Source: Azolla caroliniana | Taxonomy: Eukaryota; Plantae; Polypodiophyta | Assembly (NCBI GenBank): GCA_043228905.1 | Contig: JBHGNT010000016.1 | Location: 124,001-188,000, forward strand | DNA: 64,000 bases | Direction of reading: 5' to 3' | Shown here: piece by piece, positions 38,401-54,170 of the stretch | Layout: each line of letters starts with the position of its first letter | Position numbering within the stretch: position 1 is the stretch's first letter | The notes under the pieces: model-generated | Databases searched by the model: none | What the model was told of the DNA's origin: nothing | What the model saw: the letters and a program-made list of their open reading frames with translations, nothing else | Program-made: the position numbers and the translations under genes

Positions 38401-39341
38401 GCATGTTTGAACACAGAAATCCGGTATCACACAAGCCTGGTATGAACATTTCATTTACTAACGCGCTCTTCTCCACTACCTCCTCAAATTTGCTAATTTC
38501 TTCATGTCTCTCGACCTGAGTTTCAAAATCTTGATTTTTTAATTCCATAACATAGCTAGCGTTGTTAGCTTCGATTCGCATGTTTGAACACAGAAATCCG
38601 GTATTACACAAGCCTGGTATGAACATTTCATTTACTAACGCGCTCTTCTCCACTACCTCCTCAGATTTGCTAATTTCTTCATGTCTCTCGACCTGAGTTT
38701 CAAAATTTTGATTTTTTAATTCCATAACATAGCTAGCGCTGTTAGCTTCGATTCACATGTTTGAACACAAAAATCCGATATCACACGAGCCACGGATGAA
38801 CATTTTAATTTACCTACTAGCGCTTGTCAACTCCTTCCTCAAATTTGCTAATTTCTTCATGTCTCTCGACCTGAGTTTCAAAATCTTGATTTTTTAATTC
38901 CATAACATAGCTAGCGTTGTTTGCTTCGATTCGCATGTTTGAACACAGAAATCCGGTATCACACAAGCCTGGTATGAACATTTCATTTACTAACGCGCTC
39001 TTCTCCACTACCTCCTCAAATTTGCTAATTTCTTCATGTCTCTCGACCTGAGTTTCAAAATTTTGATTTTTTAATTCCATAACATAGCTAGCGCTGTTAG
39101 CTTCGATTCACATGTTTAAACACAAAAATCCGATATCACACGAGCCACGGATGAACATTTTAATTTACCTACTAGCGCTTGTCAACTCCTTCCTCAAATT
39201 TGCTAATTTCTTCATGTCTCTTGACCTGAGTTTCAAAATCTTGATTTTTTAATTCCATAACATAGCTAGCATTGTTAGCTTCGATTTGCATGTTTGAACA
39301 CAGAAATCCGGTATCACACGAGCCTGGTATGAACATTTTAA

Positions 39342-39362
39342 TTTAGGGTTTAGGGTTTAGGG
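39342..39362 (+). repeat. (TTTAGGG)3 insert, copy 3
   Basis: Read directly from the sequence. Confidence 0.95.
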
Positions 39363-42033
39363 TTTAATTTACTAACGCGCTCTTCTCCACTACGTCCTCA
39401 AATTTGCTAATTTCTTCATGTCTCTCGACCTGAGTTTCAAAATCTTGATTTTTTAATTCCATAACATAGCTAGCGCTGTTAGCTTCGATTCACATGTTTG
39501 AACACAAAAATCCGATATCACACGAGCCACGGATGAACATTTTAATTTACCTACTAGCGCTTGTCAACTCCTTCCTCAAATTTGCTAATTTCTTCATGTC
39601 TCTCGACCTGAGTTTAAAAATCTTGATTTTTTAATTCCATAACATAGCTAGCGTTGTTAGCTTCGATTCGCATGTTTGAACACAGAAATCCGGTATCACA
39701 CGAGCCTGGTATGAACATTTTAATTTACTAACGCGCTCTTCTCCACTACGTCCTCAAATTTGCTAATTTCTTCATGTCTCTCGACCTGAGTTTCAAAATC
39801 TTGATTTTTTAATTCCATAACATAGCTAGCGCTGTTAGCTTCGATTCACATGTTTGAACACAAAAATCCGATATCACACGAGCCACGGATGAACATTTTA
39901 ATTTACCTACTAGCGCTTGTCAACTCCTTCCTCAAATTTGCTAATTTCTTCATGTCGCTCGACCTGAGTTTCAAAATCTTGATTTTTGAATTCCATAACA
40001 TAGCTAGCGTTGTTAGCTTCGATTCGCATATTTGAATACAAAAATCCGATATCCCACGAGCCACGGATGAACATTTTAATTTACCTACTAGCGCTTGTCA
40101 ACGCCCTCCTCAAATTTGCTAATTTCTTCATGTCTCTTGACCTGAGTTTCAGAATCTTGATTAATTAATTCTATAACATAGCTAGCATTGTTAGCTTCAA
40201 TTCGCATGTTTGAACACAGAAATACGATGTCACACGAGCTAGGTATGAACATTTTAATTTACTAACGTGCTCTTCTCCACTACCTCCTCAAATTTGCTAA
40301 TTTCTTCATGTCTCTCAACCTAATTTTAAAAATCTTGATTTTTTAATTCCATAACATAGCTAGCGTTGTTAGCTTCAATTCGCATGTTTGAACACAGAAA
40401 TCCGAAATCACACGAGCTAGGTATGAACATTTTAATTTACTAACGCGCTCTTCTCCACTACGTCCTCAAATTTGCTAATTTCTTCATGTCTCTCCACCTA
40501 AGTTTAAAAATCTTGATTTTTTAATTCCATAACATAGCTAGCATTGTTAGCTTCGATTTGCATGTTTGAACACAGAAATCCGGTATCACACGAGCCTTGT
40601 ATGAACATTTCATTTACTAACGCGCTCTTCTCCACTACCTCCTCAAATTTGCTAATTTCTTAATGTCTCTCGACCTGAGTTTCAAAATTTTGATTTTTTA
40701 ATTCCATAACATAGCTAGCGCTGTTAGCTTCGATTCGCATGTTTGAACACAGAAATCCGGTATCACACGAGCCTGGTATGAACATTTTAATTTACTAACG
40801 CGCTCTTCTCCACTACGTCCTCAAATTTGCTAATTTCTTCATGTCTCTCGACCTGAGTTTAAAAATCTTGATTTTTTAATTCCATAACATAGCTAGCGCT
40901 GTTAGCTTCGATTCACATGTTTGAACACAAAAATCCGATATCACACGAGCCACGGATGAACATTTTAATTTACCTACTAGCGCTTGTCAACTCCTTCCTC
41001 AAATTTGCTAATTTCTTCATGTCTCTCGACCTGAGTTTCAAAATCTTGATTTTTTAATTCCATAACATAGCTAGCGTTGTTTGCTTCGATTCGCATGTTT
41101 GAACACAGAAATCCGGTATCACACAAGCCTGGTATGAACATTTCATTTACTAACGCGCTCTTCTCCACTACCTCCTCAAATTTGCTAATTTCTTCATGTC
41201 TCTCGACCTGAGTTTCAAAATCTTGATTTTTTAATTCCATAACATAGCTAGCGTTGTTAGCTTCGATTCGCATGTTTGAACACAGAAATCCGGTATCACA
41301 CAAGCCTGGTATGAACATTTCATTTACTAACGCGCTCTTCTCCACTACCTCCTCAGATTTGCTAATTTCTTCATGTCTCTCGACCTGAGTTTCAAAATTT
41401 TGATTTTTTAATTCCATAACATAGCTAGCGCTGTTAGCTTCGATTCACATGTTTGAACACAAAAATCCGATATCACACGAGCCACGGATGAACATTTTAA
41501 TTTACCTACTAGCGCTTGTCAACTCCTTCCTCAAATTTGCTAATTTCTTCATGTCTCTCGACCTGAGTTTCAAAATCTTGATTTTTGAATTCCATAACAT
41601 AGCTAGCGTTGTTTGCTTCGATTCGCATGTTTGAACTCAGAAATCCGGTATCACACAAGCCTGGTATGAACATTTCATTTACTAACGCGCTCTTCTCCAC
41701 TACCTCCTCAAATTTGCTAATTTCTTCATGTCTCTCGACCTGAGTTTCAAAATTTTGATTTTTTAATTCCATAACATAGCTAGCGCTGTTAGCTTCGATT
41801 CACATGTTTAAACACAAAAATCCGATATCACACGAGCCACGGATGAACATTTTAATTTACCTACTAGCGCTTGTCAACTCCTTCCTCAAATTTGCTAATT
41901 TCTTCATGTCTCTTGACCTGAGTTTCAAAATCTTGATTTTTTAATTCCATAACATAGCTAGCATTGTTAGCTTCGATTTGCATGTTTGAACACAGAAATC
42001 CGGTATCACACGAGCCTGGTATGAACATTTTAA

Positions 42034-42054
42034 TTTAGGGTTTAGGGTTTAGGG
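42034..42054 (+). repeat. (TTTAGGG)3 insert, copy 4
   Basis: Read directly; +2692 from copy 3. Confidence 0.95.
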
Positions 42055-44725
42055 TTTAATTTACTAACGCGCTCTTCTCCACTACGTCCTCAAATTTGCT
42101 AATTTCTTCATGTCTCTCGACCTGAGTTTCAAAATCTTGATTTTTTAATTCCATAACATAGCTAGCGCTGTTAGCTTCGATTCACATGTTTGAACACAAA
42201 AATCCGATATCACACGAGCCACGGATGAACATTTTAATTTACCTACTAGCGCTTGTCAACTCCTTCCTCAAATTTGCTAATTTCTTCATGTCTCTCGACC
42301 TGAGTTTAAAAATCTTGATTTTTTAATTCCATAACATAGCTAGCGTTGTTAGCTTCGATTCGCATGTTTGAACACAGAAATCCGGTATCACACGAGCCTG
42401 GTATGAACATTTTAATTTACTAACGCGCTCTTCTCCACTACGTCCTCAAATTTGCTAATTTCTTCATGTCTCTCGACCTGAGTTTCAAAATCTTGATTTT
42501 TTAATTCCATAACATAGCTAGCGCTGTTAGCTTCGATTCACATGTTTGAACACAAAAATCCGATATCACACGAGCCACGGATGAACATTTTAATTTACCT
42601 ACTAGCGCTTGTCAACTCCTTCCTCAAATTTGCTAATTTCTTCATGTCGCTCGACCTGAGTTTCAAAATCTTGATTTTTGAATTCCATAACATAGCTAGC
42701 GTTGTTAGCTTCGATTCGCATATTTGAATACAAAAATCCGATATCCCACGAGCCACGGATGAACATTTTAATTTACCTACTAGCGCTTGTCAACGCCCTC
42801 CTCAAATTTGCTAATTTCTTCATGTCTCTTGACCTGAGTTTCAGAATCTTGATTAATTAATTCTATAACATAGCTAGCATTGTTAGCTTCAATTCGCATG
42901 TTTGAACACAGAAATACGATGTCACACGAGCTAGGTATGAACATTTTAATTTACTAACGTGCTCTTCTCCACTACCTCCTCAAATTTGCTAATTTCTTCA
43001 TGTCTCTCAACCTAATTTTAAAAATCTTGATTTTTTAATTCCATAACATAGCTAGCGTTGTTAGCTTCAATTCGCATGTTTGAACACAGAAATCCGAAAT
43101 CACACGAGCTAGGTATGAACATTTTAATTTACTAACGCGCTCTTCTCCACTACGTCCTCAAATTTGCTAATTTCTTCATGTCTCTCCACCTAAGTTTAAA
43201 AATCTTGATTTTTTAATTCCATAACATAGCTAGCATTGTTAGCTTCGATTTGCATGTTTGAACACAGAAATCCGGTATCACACGAGCCTTGTATGAACAT
43301 TTCATTTACTAACGCGCTCTTCTCCACTACCTCCTCAAATTTGCTAATTTCTTAATGTCTCTCGACCTGAGTTTCAAAATTTTGATTTTTTAATTCCATA
43401 ACATAGCTAGCGCTGTTAGCTTCGATTCGCATGTTTGAACACAGAAATCCGGTATCACACGAGCCTGGTATGAACATTTTAATTTACTAACGCGCTCTTC
43501 TCCACTACGTCCTCAAATTTGCTAATTTCTTCATGTCTCTCGACCTGAGTTTAAAAATCTTGATTTTTTAATTCCATAACATAGCTAGCGCTGTTAGCTT
43601 CGATTCACATGTTTGAACACAAAAATCCGATATCACACGAGCCACGGATGAACATTTTAATTTACCTACTAGCGCTTGTCAACTCCTTCCTCAAATTTGC
43701 TAATTTCTTCATGTCTCTCGACCTGAGTTTCAAAATCTTGATTTTTTAATTCCATAACATAGCTAGCGTTGTTTGCTTCGATTCGCATGTTTGAACACAG
43801 AAATCCGGTATCACACAAGCCTGGTATGAACATTTCATTTACTAACGCGCTCTTCTCCACTACCTCCTCAAATTTGCTAATTTCTTCATGTCTCTCGACC
43901 TGAGTTTCAAAATCTTGATTTTTTAATTCCATAACATAGCTAGCGTTGTTAGCTTCGATTCGCATGTTTGAACACAGAAATCCGGTATCACACAAGCCTG
44001 GTATGAACATTTCATTTACTAACGCGCTCTTCTCCACTACCTCCTCAGATTTGCTAATTTCTTCATGTCTCTCGACCTGAGTTTCAAAATTTTGATTTTT
44101 TAATTCCATAACATAGCTAGCGCTGTTAGCTTCGATTCACATGTTTGAACACAAAAATCCGATATCACACGAGCCACGGATGAACATTTTAATTTACCTA
44201 CTAGCGCTTGTCAACTCCTTCCTCAAATTTGCTAATTTCTTCATGTCTCTCGACCTGAGTTTCAAAATCTTGATTTTTGAATTCCATAACATAGCTAGCG
44301 TTGTTTGCTTCGATTCGCATGTTTGAACTCAGAAATCCGGTATCACACAAGCCTGGTATGAACATTTCATTTACTAACGCGCTCTTCTCCACTACCTCCT
44401 CAAATTTGCTAATTTCTTCATGTCTCTCGACCTGAGTTTCAAAATTTTGATTTTTTAATTCCATAACATAGCTAGCGCTGTTAGCTTCGATTCACATGTT
44501 TAAACACAAAAATCCGATATCACACGAGCCACGGATGAACATTTTAATTTACCTACTAGCGCTTGTCAACTCCTTCCTCAAATTTGCTAATTTCTTCATG
44601 TCTCTTGACCTGAGTTTCAAAATCTTGATTTTTTAATTCCATAACATAGCTAGCATTGTTAGCTTCGATTTGCATGTTTGAACACAGAAATCCGGTATCA
44701 CACGAGCCTGGTATGAACATTTTAA

Positions 44726-44746
44726 TTTAGGGTTTAGGGTTTAGGG
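44726..44746 (+). repeat. (TTTAGGG)3 insert, copy 5
   Basis: Read directly; +2692 from copy 4. Confidence 0.95.
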
Positions 44747-47700
44747 TTTAATTTACTAACGCGCTCTTCTCCACTACGTCCTCAAATTTGCTAATTTCTT
44801 CATGTCTCTCGACCTGAGTTTCAAAATCTTGATTTTTTAATTCCATAACATAGCTAGCGCTGTTAGCTTCGATTCACATGTTTGAACACAAAAATCCGAT
44901 ATCACACGAGCCACGGATGAACATTTTAATTTACCTACTAGCGCTTGTCAACTCCTTCCTCAAATTTGCTAATTTCTTCATGTCTCTCGACCTGAGTTTA
45001 AAAATCTTGATTTTTTAATTCCATAACATAGCTAGCGTTGTTAGCTTCGATTCGCATGTTTGAACACAGAAATCCGGTATCACACGAGCCTGGTATGAAC
45101 ATTTTAATTTACTAACGCGCTCTTCTCCACTACGTCCTCAAATTTGCTAATTTCTTCATGTCTCTCGACCTGAGTTTCAAAATCTTGATTTTTTAATTCC
45201 ATAACATAGCTAGCGCTGTTAGCTTCGATTCACATGTTTGAACACAAAAATCCGATATCACACGAGCCACGGATGAACATTTTAATTTACCTACTAGCGC
45301 TTGTCAACTCCTTCCTCAAATTTGCTAATTTCTTCATGTCGCTCGACCTGAGTTTCAAAATCTTGATTTTTGAATTCCATAACATAGCTAGCGTTGTTAG
45401 CTTCGATTCGCATATTTGAATACAAAAATCCGATATCCCACGAGCCACGGATGAACATTTTAATTTACCTACTAGCGCTTGTCAACGCCCTCCTCAAATT
45501 TGCTAATTTCTTCATGTCTCTTGACCTGAGTTTCAGAATCTTGATTAATTAATTCTATAACATAGCTAGCATTGTTAGCTTCAATTCGCATGTTTGAACA
45601 CAGAAATACGATGTCACACGAGCTAGGTATGAACATTTTAATTTACTAACGTGCTCTTCTCCACTACCTCCTCAAATTTGCTAATTTCTTCATGTCTCTC
45701 AACCTAATTTTAAAAATCTTGATTTTTTAATTCCATAACATAGCTAGCGTTGTTAGCTTCAATTCGCATGTTTGAACACAGAAATCCGAAATCACACGAG
45801 CTAGGTATGAACATTTTAATTTACTAACGCGCTCTTCTCCACTACGTCCTCAAATTTGCTAATTTCTTCATGTCTCTCCACCTAAGTTTAAAAATCTTGA
45901 TTTTTTAATTCCATAACATAGCTAGCATTGTTAGCTTCGATTTGCATGTTTGAACACAGAAATCCGGTATCACACGAGCCTTGTATGAACATTTCATTTA
46001 CTAACGCGCTCTTCTCCACTACCTCCTCAAATTTGCTAATTTCTTAATGTCTCTCGACCTGAGTTTCAAAATTTTGATTTTTTAATTCCATAACATAGCT
46101 AGCGCTGTTAGCTTCGATTCGCATGTTTGAACACAGAAATCCGGTATCACACGAGCCTGGTATGAACATTTTAATTTACTAACGCGCTCTTCTCCACTAC
46201 GTCCTCAAATTTGCTAATTTCTTCATGTCTCTCGACCTGAGTTTAAAAATCTTGATTTTTTAATTCCATAACATAGCTAGCGCTGTTAGCTTCGATTCAC
46301 ATGTTTGAACACAAAAATCCGATATCACACGAGCCACGGATGAACATTTTAATTTACCTACTAGCGCTTGTCAACTCCTTCCTCAAATTTGCTAATTTCT
46401 TCATGTCTCTCGACCTGAGTTTCAAAATCTTGATTTTTTAATTCCATAACATAGCTAGCGTTGTTTGCTTCGATTCGCATGTTTGAACACAGAAATCCGG
46501 TATCACACAAGCCTGGTATGAACATTTCATTTACTAACGCGCTCTTCTCCACTACCTCCTCAAATTTGCTAATTTCTTCATGTCTCTCGACCTGAGTTTC
46601 GAAATCTTGATTTTTTAATTCCATAACATAGCTAGCGTTGTTAGCTTCGATTCGCATGTTTGAACACAGAAATCCGGTATCACACAAGCCTGGTATGAAC
46701 ATTTCATTTACTAACGCGCTCTTCTCCACTACCTCCTCAGATTTGCTAATTTCTTCATGTCTCTCGACCTGAGTTTCAAAATTTTGATTTTTTAATTCCA
46801 TAACATAGCTAGCGCTGTTAGCTTCGATTCACATGTTTGAACACAAAAATCCGATATCACACGAGCCACGGATGAACATTTTAATTTACCTACTAGCGCT
46901 TGTCAACTCCTTCCTCAAATTTGCTAATTTCTTCATGTCTCTCGACCTGAGTTTCAAAATCTTGATTTTTTAATTCCATAACATAGCTAGCGTTGTTTGC
47001 TTCGATTCGCATGTTTGAACACAGAAATCCGGTATCACACAAGCCTGGTATGAACATTTCATTTACTAACGCGCTCTTCTCCACTACCTCCTCAAATTTG
47101 CTAATTTCTTCATGTCTCTCGACCTGAGTTTCAAAATTTTGATTTTTTAATTCCATAACATAGCTAGCGCTGTTAGCTTCGATTCACATGTTTAAACACA
47201 AAAATCCGATATCACACGAGCCACGGATGAACATTTTAATTTACCTACTAGCGCTTGTCAACTCCTTCCTCAAATTTGCTAATTTCTTCATGTCTCTTGA
47301 CCTGAGTTTCAAAATCTTGATTTTTTAATTCCATAACATAGCTAGCGTTGTTAGCTTCGATTCGCATGTTTGAACATAGAATTCCGGTATCACACGAGCC
47401 TGGTATGAACATTTTAATTTACTAACGCGCTCTTCTCCACTACGTCCTCAAATTTGCTAATTTCTTCATGTCTCTCGACCTGAGTTTCAAAATCTTGATT
47501 TTTTAATTCCATAACATAGCTAGCGTTGTTAGCTTCGATTCGCATGTTTGAATACAAAAATCCGATATCCCACGAGCCACGGATGAACATTTTAATTTAC
47601 CTACTAGCGGTTGTCAACTCCTTCCTGAAATTTGCTAATTTCTTCATGTCTCTCGACATGAGTTTCAAAATCTTGATTTTTTAATTCCATATCAGAGCTA

Positions 47701-50700
47701 GCGTTGTTAGCTTCGATTCGCATGTTTGAACACAGAAATCTGATATCACACGAGCTAGGTATGAACATTTTAATTTACTAACGCGCTCTTCTTCACTACC
47801 TCCTCAAATTTGCTAATTTCTTCATGTCTCTCGGCCTGAGTTTCAAAATCTTGATTTTTTAATTCCATAACATAGCTAGCGTTGTTAGCTTTGATTCGCA
47901 TGTTTGAACACAAAAATCCGATATCACACGAGCTAGGTATGAACATTTTAATTTTCTAACGCGCTCTTCTCCAGTACCTCCACAAATTTGCTAATTTCTT
48001 CATGTCTCTCGACCTGAGTTTCAAAATCTTGATTTTTTAATTCCATAACATACCTAGCGTTGTTAGCTTCGATTCGCATGTTTGAACACAGAAATCCGGT
48101 ATCACACGAGCCTGGTATGAACATTTTCATTTACTAACGCGCTCTTCTCCACTACCTCCTCAAATTTGCTAATTTCTTCATGTCTCTCGACCTGAGTTTC
48201 AAAATCTTGATTTTTGAATTCCATAACATAGCTAGCGCTGTTAGCTTTGATTCACATGTTTGAACACAAAAATCCGATATCACACGAGGCACGGATGAAC
48301 ATTTTAATTTACCTACTAGCGCTTGTCAACTCCTTCCTCAAATTTGCTAATTTCTTCATGTCTCTCGACCTGAGTTTCAAAATCTTGATTTTTTAATTCC
48401 ATAACATAGCTAGCGTTGTTAGCTTCGATTCGCATGTTTGAACACAGAAATCCGGTATCACACGAGCCTGTTATGAACATTTTAATTTACTAACGCGCTC
48501 TTCTCCACTACGTCCTCAAATTTGCTAATTTCTTCATGTCTCTCGACCTGAGTTTCAAAATCTTGATTTTTTAATTCCATAATATAGCTAGCGTTGTTAG
48601 CTTCGATTCGCATGTTTGAATACAAAAATCCGATATCCCACGAGCCACGGATGAACATTTTAATTTACCTACTAGCGCTTGTCAACTCCCTCCTCAAATT
48701 TGCTAATTTCTTCATGTCTCTTGACCTGAGTTTCAAAATCTTGATTAATTAATTCCATAACATAGCTAGCATTGTTAGGTTCAATTCGCATGTTTGAACA
48801 CAGAAATCCGATATCACACGAGCTAGGTATGAACATTTTAATTTACTAACGTGCTCTTCTCCACTACCTCCTCAAATTTGCTAATTTCTTCATGTCTCTC
48901 AACCTAATTTTAAAAATCTTGATTTTTTAATTCCATATTAGAGCTAGCGTTGTTAGCTTCAATTCGCATGTTTGAACACAGAAATCCGAAATCACACGAG
49001 CTAGGTATGAACATTTTAATTTACTAACGTGCTCTTCTCCACTACCTCCTCGAATTTGCTAATTTCTTCATGTCTCTCAACCTAATTTTAAAAATATTGA
49101 TTTTTTAATTCCATATCAGAGCTAGCGTTGTTAGCTTCGATTCGCATGTTTGAACACAAAAATCCGATATCACACGAGCCTGGTATGAACATTTTAATTT
49201 ACTAACGCGCTCTTCTCCACTACGTCCTCAAATTTGCTAATTTCTTCATGTCTCTCCACCTAAGTTTAAAAATCTTGATTTTTTAATTCCATAACATAGC
49301 TAGCATTGTTAGCTTCGATTTGCATGTTTGAACACAGAAATCCGGTATCACACGAGCCTGGTATGAACATTTTAATTTACTAACGCGCTCTTCTCCACTA
49401 GCTCCTCAAATTTGCTAATTTCTTCATGTCTCTCAACCTAATTTTAAAAATATTGATTTTTTAATTCCATATCAGACGAGCCACGGATGAACATTTTAAT
49501 TTACCTACTAGCGCTTGTCAACTCCTTCCTCAAATTTGCTAATTTCTTCATGTCTCTCGACCTGAGTTTCAAAATCTTGATTTTTTAATTCCATAACATA
49601 GCTAGCGTTGTTAGCTTCGATTCGCATGTTTGAACACAGAAATCCGGTATCACACGAGCTTGGTATGAACATTTTAATTTACTAACGTGCTCTTCTCCAC
49701 TACGTCCTCAAATTTGCTAATTTCTTCATGTCTCTCGACCTGAGTTTCAAAATCTTCATTTTTTAATTCCATAACATAGCTAGCGTTGTTAGCTTCGATT
49801 CGCATGTTTGAATACAAAAGTGCGATATCCCACGAGCCACGGATGAACATTTTAATTTACCTACTAGCGCTTGTCAACTCCCTCCTCAACGCGCTCTTCT
49901 CCACTACCTCCTCAAATTTGCTAATTTCTTCATGTCTCTCGACCTGAGTTTCAAAATCTTGATTTTTGAATTCGATAACATAGCTAGCGCTGTTAGCTTC
50001 GATTCACATGTTTGAACACAAAAATCCGATATCACACAAGTCACGGATGAACATTTTAATTTACCTACTAGCGCTTGTCAATTCCCTCCTCAAATTTGCT
50101 AATTTCTTCATGTCTCTCGACCTGAGTTTCAAAATCTTGATTTTTTAATTCCATATTAGAGCTAGCGTTGTTAGCTTCGATTCGCATGTTTGAACATAGA
50201 AATCTGATATCACACGAGCCACGGATGAACATTTTAATTTACCTACTAGCGCTTGTCAACTCCCTCCTCAAATTTGCTAATTTCTTCATGTCTCTCGACC
50301 TGAGTGTCAAAATCTTGATTTTTTAATTCCATAACATAGCTAGCGTTGTTAGCTTCGATTCGCATGTTTGAACACAGAAATCCGGTATCACACGAGCCTG
50401 GTATGAACATTTTAATTTTCTAACGCGCTCTTCTCCACTACGTCCTCAAATTTGCTAATTTCTTCATGTCTCTCGACCTGAGTTTCAAAATCTTGATTTT
50501 TTAATTCCATAACATAGCTAGCGTTGTTAGCTTCGATTCGCCTGTTTGAATACAAAAATCCGATATCCCACGAGCTAGGTATGAACATTTTAATTTACTA
50601 ACGTGCTCTTCTCCACTACCTCCTCAAATTTGCTAATTTCTTCATGTCTCGCAACCTAATTTTCAAAATCTTGATTTTTTAATTCCATATCAGAGCTAGC

Positions 50701-53700
50701 GTTGTTAGCTTCGATTCGCGTGTTTGAACACAGAAATCCGATAGCACACGAGCTAGGTATGAACATTTTAATTTACTAACACGCTGTTCTCCACTACCTC
50801 CTCAAATTTGCTAATTTCTTCATGTCTCTCGACCTGAGTTTCAAAATCTTCATTTTTTAATTCCATAACATAGCTAGCGTTGTTAGCTTCGATTCGCATA
50901 TTTGAATACAAAAATCCGATTTCCCACGAGCCACGGATGAACATTTTAATTTACCTACTAGCGCTTGTCAACTCCCTCCTCAAATTTGCTAATTTCTTCA
51001 TGTCTCTTGACCTGAGTTTCAAAATCTTGATTAATTAATTCTATAACATAGCTAGCATTGTTAGCTTCAATTCGCATGTTTGAACACAGAAATACGATAT
51101 CACACGAGCTAGGTATGAACATTTTAATTTACTAACGTGCTCTTCTCCACTACCTCCTCAAATTTGCTAATTTCTTCATGTCTCTCAACCTAATTTTAAA
51201 AATCTTGATTTTTTAATTCCATATCAGAGCTAGCGTTGTTAGCTTCAATTCGCATGTTTGAACACAGAAATCCGAAATCACACGAGCTAGGTATGAACAT
51301 TTTAATTTACTAACGCGCTCTTCTCCACTACGTCCTCAAATTTGCTAATTTCTTCATGTCTCTCCACCTAAGTTTAAAAATCTTGATTTTTTAATTCCAT
51401 AACATAGCTAGCATTGTTAGCTTCGATTTGCATGTTTGAACACAGAAATCCGGTATCACACGAGCCTGGTATGAACATTTCATTTACTAACGCGCTCTTC
51501 TCCACTACCTCCTCAAATTTGCTAATTTCTTCATGTCTCTCGACCTGAGTTTCAAAATTTTGATTTTTTAATTCCATAACATAGCTAGCGCTGTTAGCTT
51601 CGATTCACATGTTTGAACACAAAAATCCGATATCACACGAGCCACGGATGAACATTTTAATTTACCTACTAGCGCTTGTCAACTCCTTCCTCAAATTTGC
51701 TAATTTCTTCATGTCTCTCGACCTGAGTTTCAAAATCTTGATTTTTTAATTCCATAACATAGCTAGCGTTGTTAGCTTCGATTCGCATGTTTGAACACAG
51801 AAATCCGGTATCACACAAGCCTGGTATGAACATTTCATTTACTAACGCGCTCTTCACCACTACCTCCTCAGATTTGCTAATTTCTTCATGTCTCTCGACC
51901 TGAGTTTCAAAATTTTGATTTTTTAATTCCATAACATAGCTAGCGCTGTTAGCTTCGATTCACATGTTTGAACACAAAAATCCGATATCACACGAGCCAC
52001 GGATGAACATTTTAATTTACCTACTAGCGCTTGTCAACTCCTTCCTCAAATTTGCTAATTTCTTCATGTCTCTCGACCTGAGTTTCAAAATCTTGATTTT
52101 TTAATTCCATAACATAGCTAGCGTTGTTTGCTTCGATTCGCATGTTTGAACACAGAAATCCGGTATCACACAAGCCTGGTATGAACATTTCATTTACTAA
52201 CGCGCTCTTCACCACTACCTCCTCAGATTTGCTAATTTCTTCATGTCTCTCGACCTGAGTTTCAAAATTTTGATTTTTTAATTCCATAACATAGCTAGCG
52301 CTGTTAGCTTCGATTCACATGTTTGAACACAAAAATCCGATATCACACGAGCCACGGATGAACATTTTAATTTACCTACTAGCGCTTGTCAACTCCTTCC
52401 TCAAATTTGCTAATTTCTTTATGTCTCTCGACCTGAGTTTCAAAATCTTGATTTTTTAATTCCATAACATAGCTAGCGTTGTTTGCTTCGATTCGCATGT
52501 TTGAACACAGAAATCCGGTATCACACAAGCCTGGTATGAACATTTCATTTACTAACGCGCTCTTCTCCACTACCTCCTCAAATTTGCTAATTTCTTCATG
52601 TCTCTCGACCTGAGTTTCAAAATTTTGATTTTTTAATTCCATAACATAGCTAGCGCTGTTAGCTTCGATTCACATGTTTAAACACAAAAATCCGATATCA
52701 CACGAGCCACGGATGAACATTTTAATTTACCTACTAGCGCTTGTCAACTCCTTCCTCAAATTTGCTAATTTCTTCATGTCTCTTGACCTGAGTTTCAAAA
52801 TCTTGATTTTTTAATTCCATAACATAGCTAGCGTTGTTAGCTTCGATTCGCATGTTTGAACATAGAATTCCGGTATCACACGAGCCTGGTATGAACATTT
52901 TAATTTACTAACGCGCTCTTCTCCACTACGTCCTCAAATTTGCTAATTTCTTCATGTCTCTCGACCTGAGTTTCAAAATCTTGATTTTTTAATTCCATAA
53001 CATAGCTAGCGTTGTTAGCTTCGATTCGCATGTTTGAATACAAAAATCCGATATCCCACGAGCCACGGATGAACATTTTAATTTACCTACTAGCGGTTGT
53101 CAACTCCTTCCTGAAATTTGCTAATTTCTTCATGTCTCTCGACCTGAGTTTCAAAATCTTGATTTTTTAATTCCATATCAGAGCTAGCGTTGTTAGCTTC
53201 GATTCGCATGTTTGAACACAGAAATCTGATATCACACGAGCTAGGTATGAACATTTTAATTTACTAACGCGCTCTTCTTCACTACCTCCTCAAATTTGCT
53301 AATTTCTTCATGTCTCTCGGCCTGAGTTTCAAAATCTTGATTTTTTAATTCCATAACATAGCTAGCGTTGTTAGCTTTGATTCGCATGTTTGAACACAAA
53401 AATCCGATATCACACGAGCTAGGTATGAACATTTTAATTTTCTAACGCGCTCTTCTCCAGTACCTCCACAAATTTGCTAATTTCTTCATGTCTCTCGACC
53501 TGAGTTTCAAAATTTTGATTTTTTAATTCCATAACATAGCTAGCGCTGTTAGCTTCGATTCACATGTTTGAACACAAAAATCCGATATCACACGAGCCAC
53601 GGATGAACATTTTAATTTACCTACTAGCGCTTGTCAACTCCCTCCTCAAATTTGCTAATTTCTACATGTCTCTCGACCTGAGTTTCAAAATCTTGATTTT

Positions 53701-54149
53701 TTAATTCCATAACATAGCTAGCGCTGTTAGCTTCGATTCGCATGTTTGAACACAGAAATCCGGTATCATACGAGCCACGGATGAACATTTTAATTTAGGT
53801 ACTAGCGCTTGTCAACTCCCTCCTCAAATTTGCTAATTTCTTCATGTCTCTCGACCTGAGTTTTAAAATCTTGATTTTTTAATTCCATAACATAGCTAGC
53901 GCTGTTAGCTTCGATTCACATGTTTGAACACAAAAATCCGGTATCACACGAGCCACGGATGAACATTTCAATTTACCTACTAGCGCTTGTCAACTCCTTC
54001 CTCAAATTTGCTAATTTCTTCATGTCTCTCCACCTAAGTTTAAAAATCTTGATTTTTTAATTCCATAACATAGCTAGCATTGTTAGCTTCGATTTGCATG
54101 TTTGAACACAGAAATCCGGTATCACACGAGCCTGGTATGAACATTTTAA

Positions 54150-54170
54150 TTTAGGGTTTAGGGTTTAGGG
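54150..54170 (+). repeat. (TTTAGGG)3 insert, copy 6 (aattgac variant)
   Basis: Read directly; +18744 from copy 2. Confidence 0.95.

Larger units (their letters stand above)
38200..47300. repeat. 15-monomer HOR (2692 bp) carrying a telomeric insert, ~3.4 copies
   Basis: Markers at 38285/40977/43669/46361 and TTTAGGG tracts at 39342/42034/44726 are all 2692 apart; 2692 = 15x178 + 26 (insert) - 4 (four 177-bp monomers). Confidence 0.93.
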
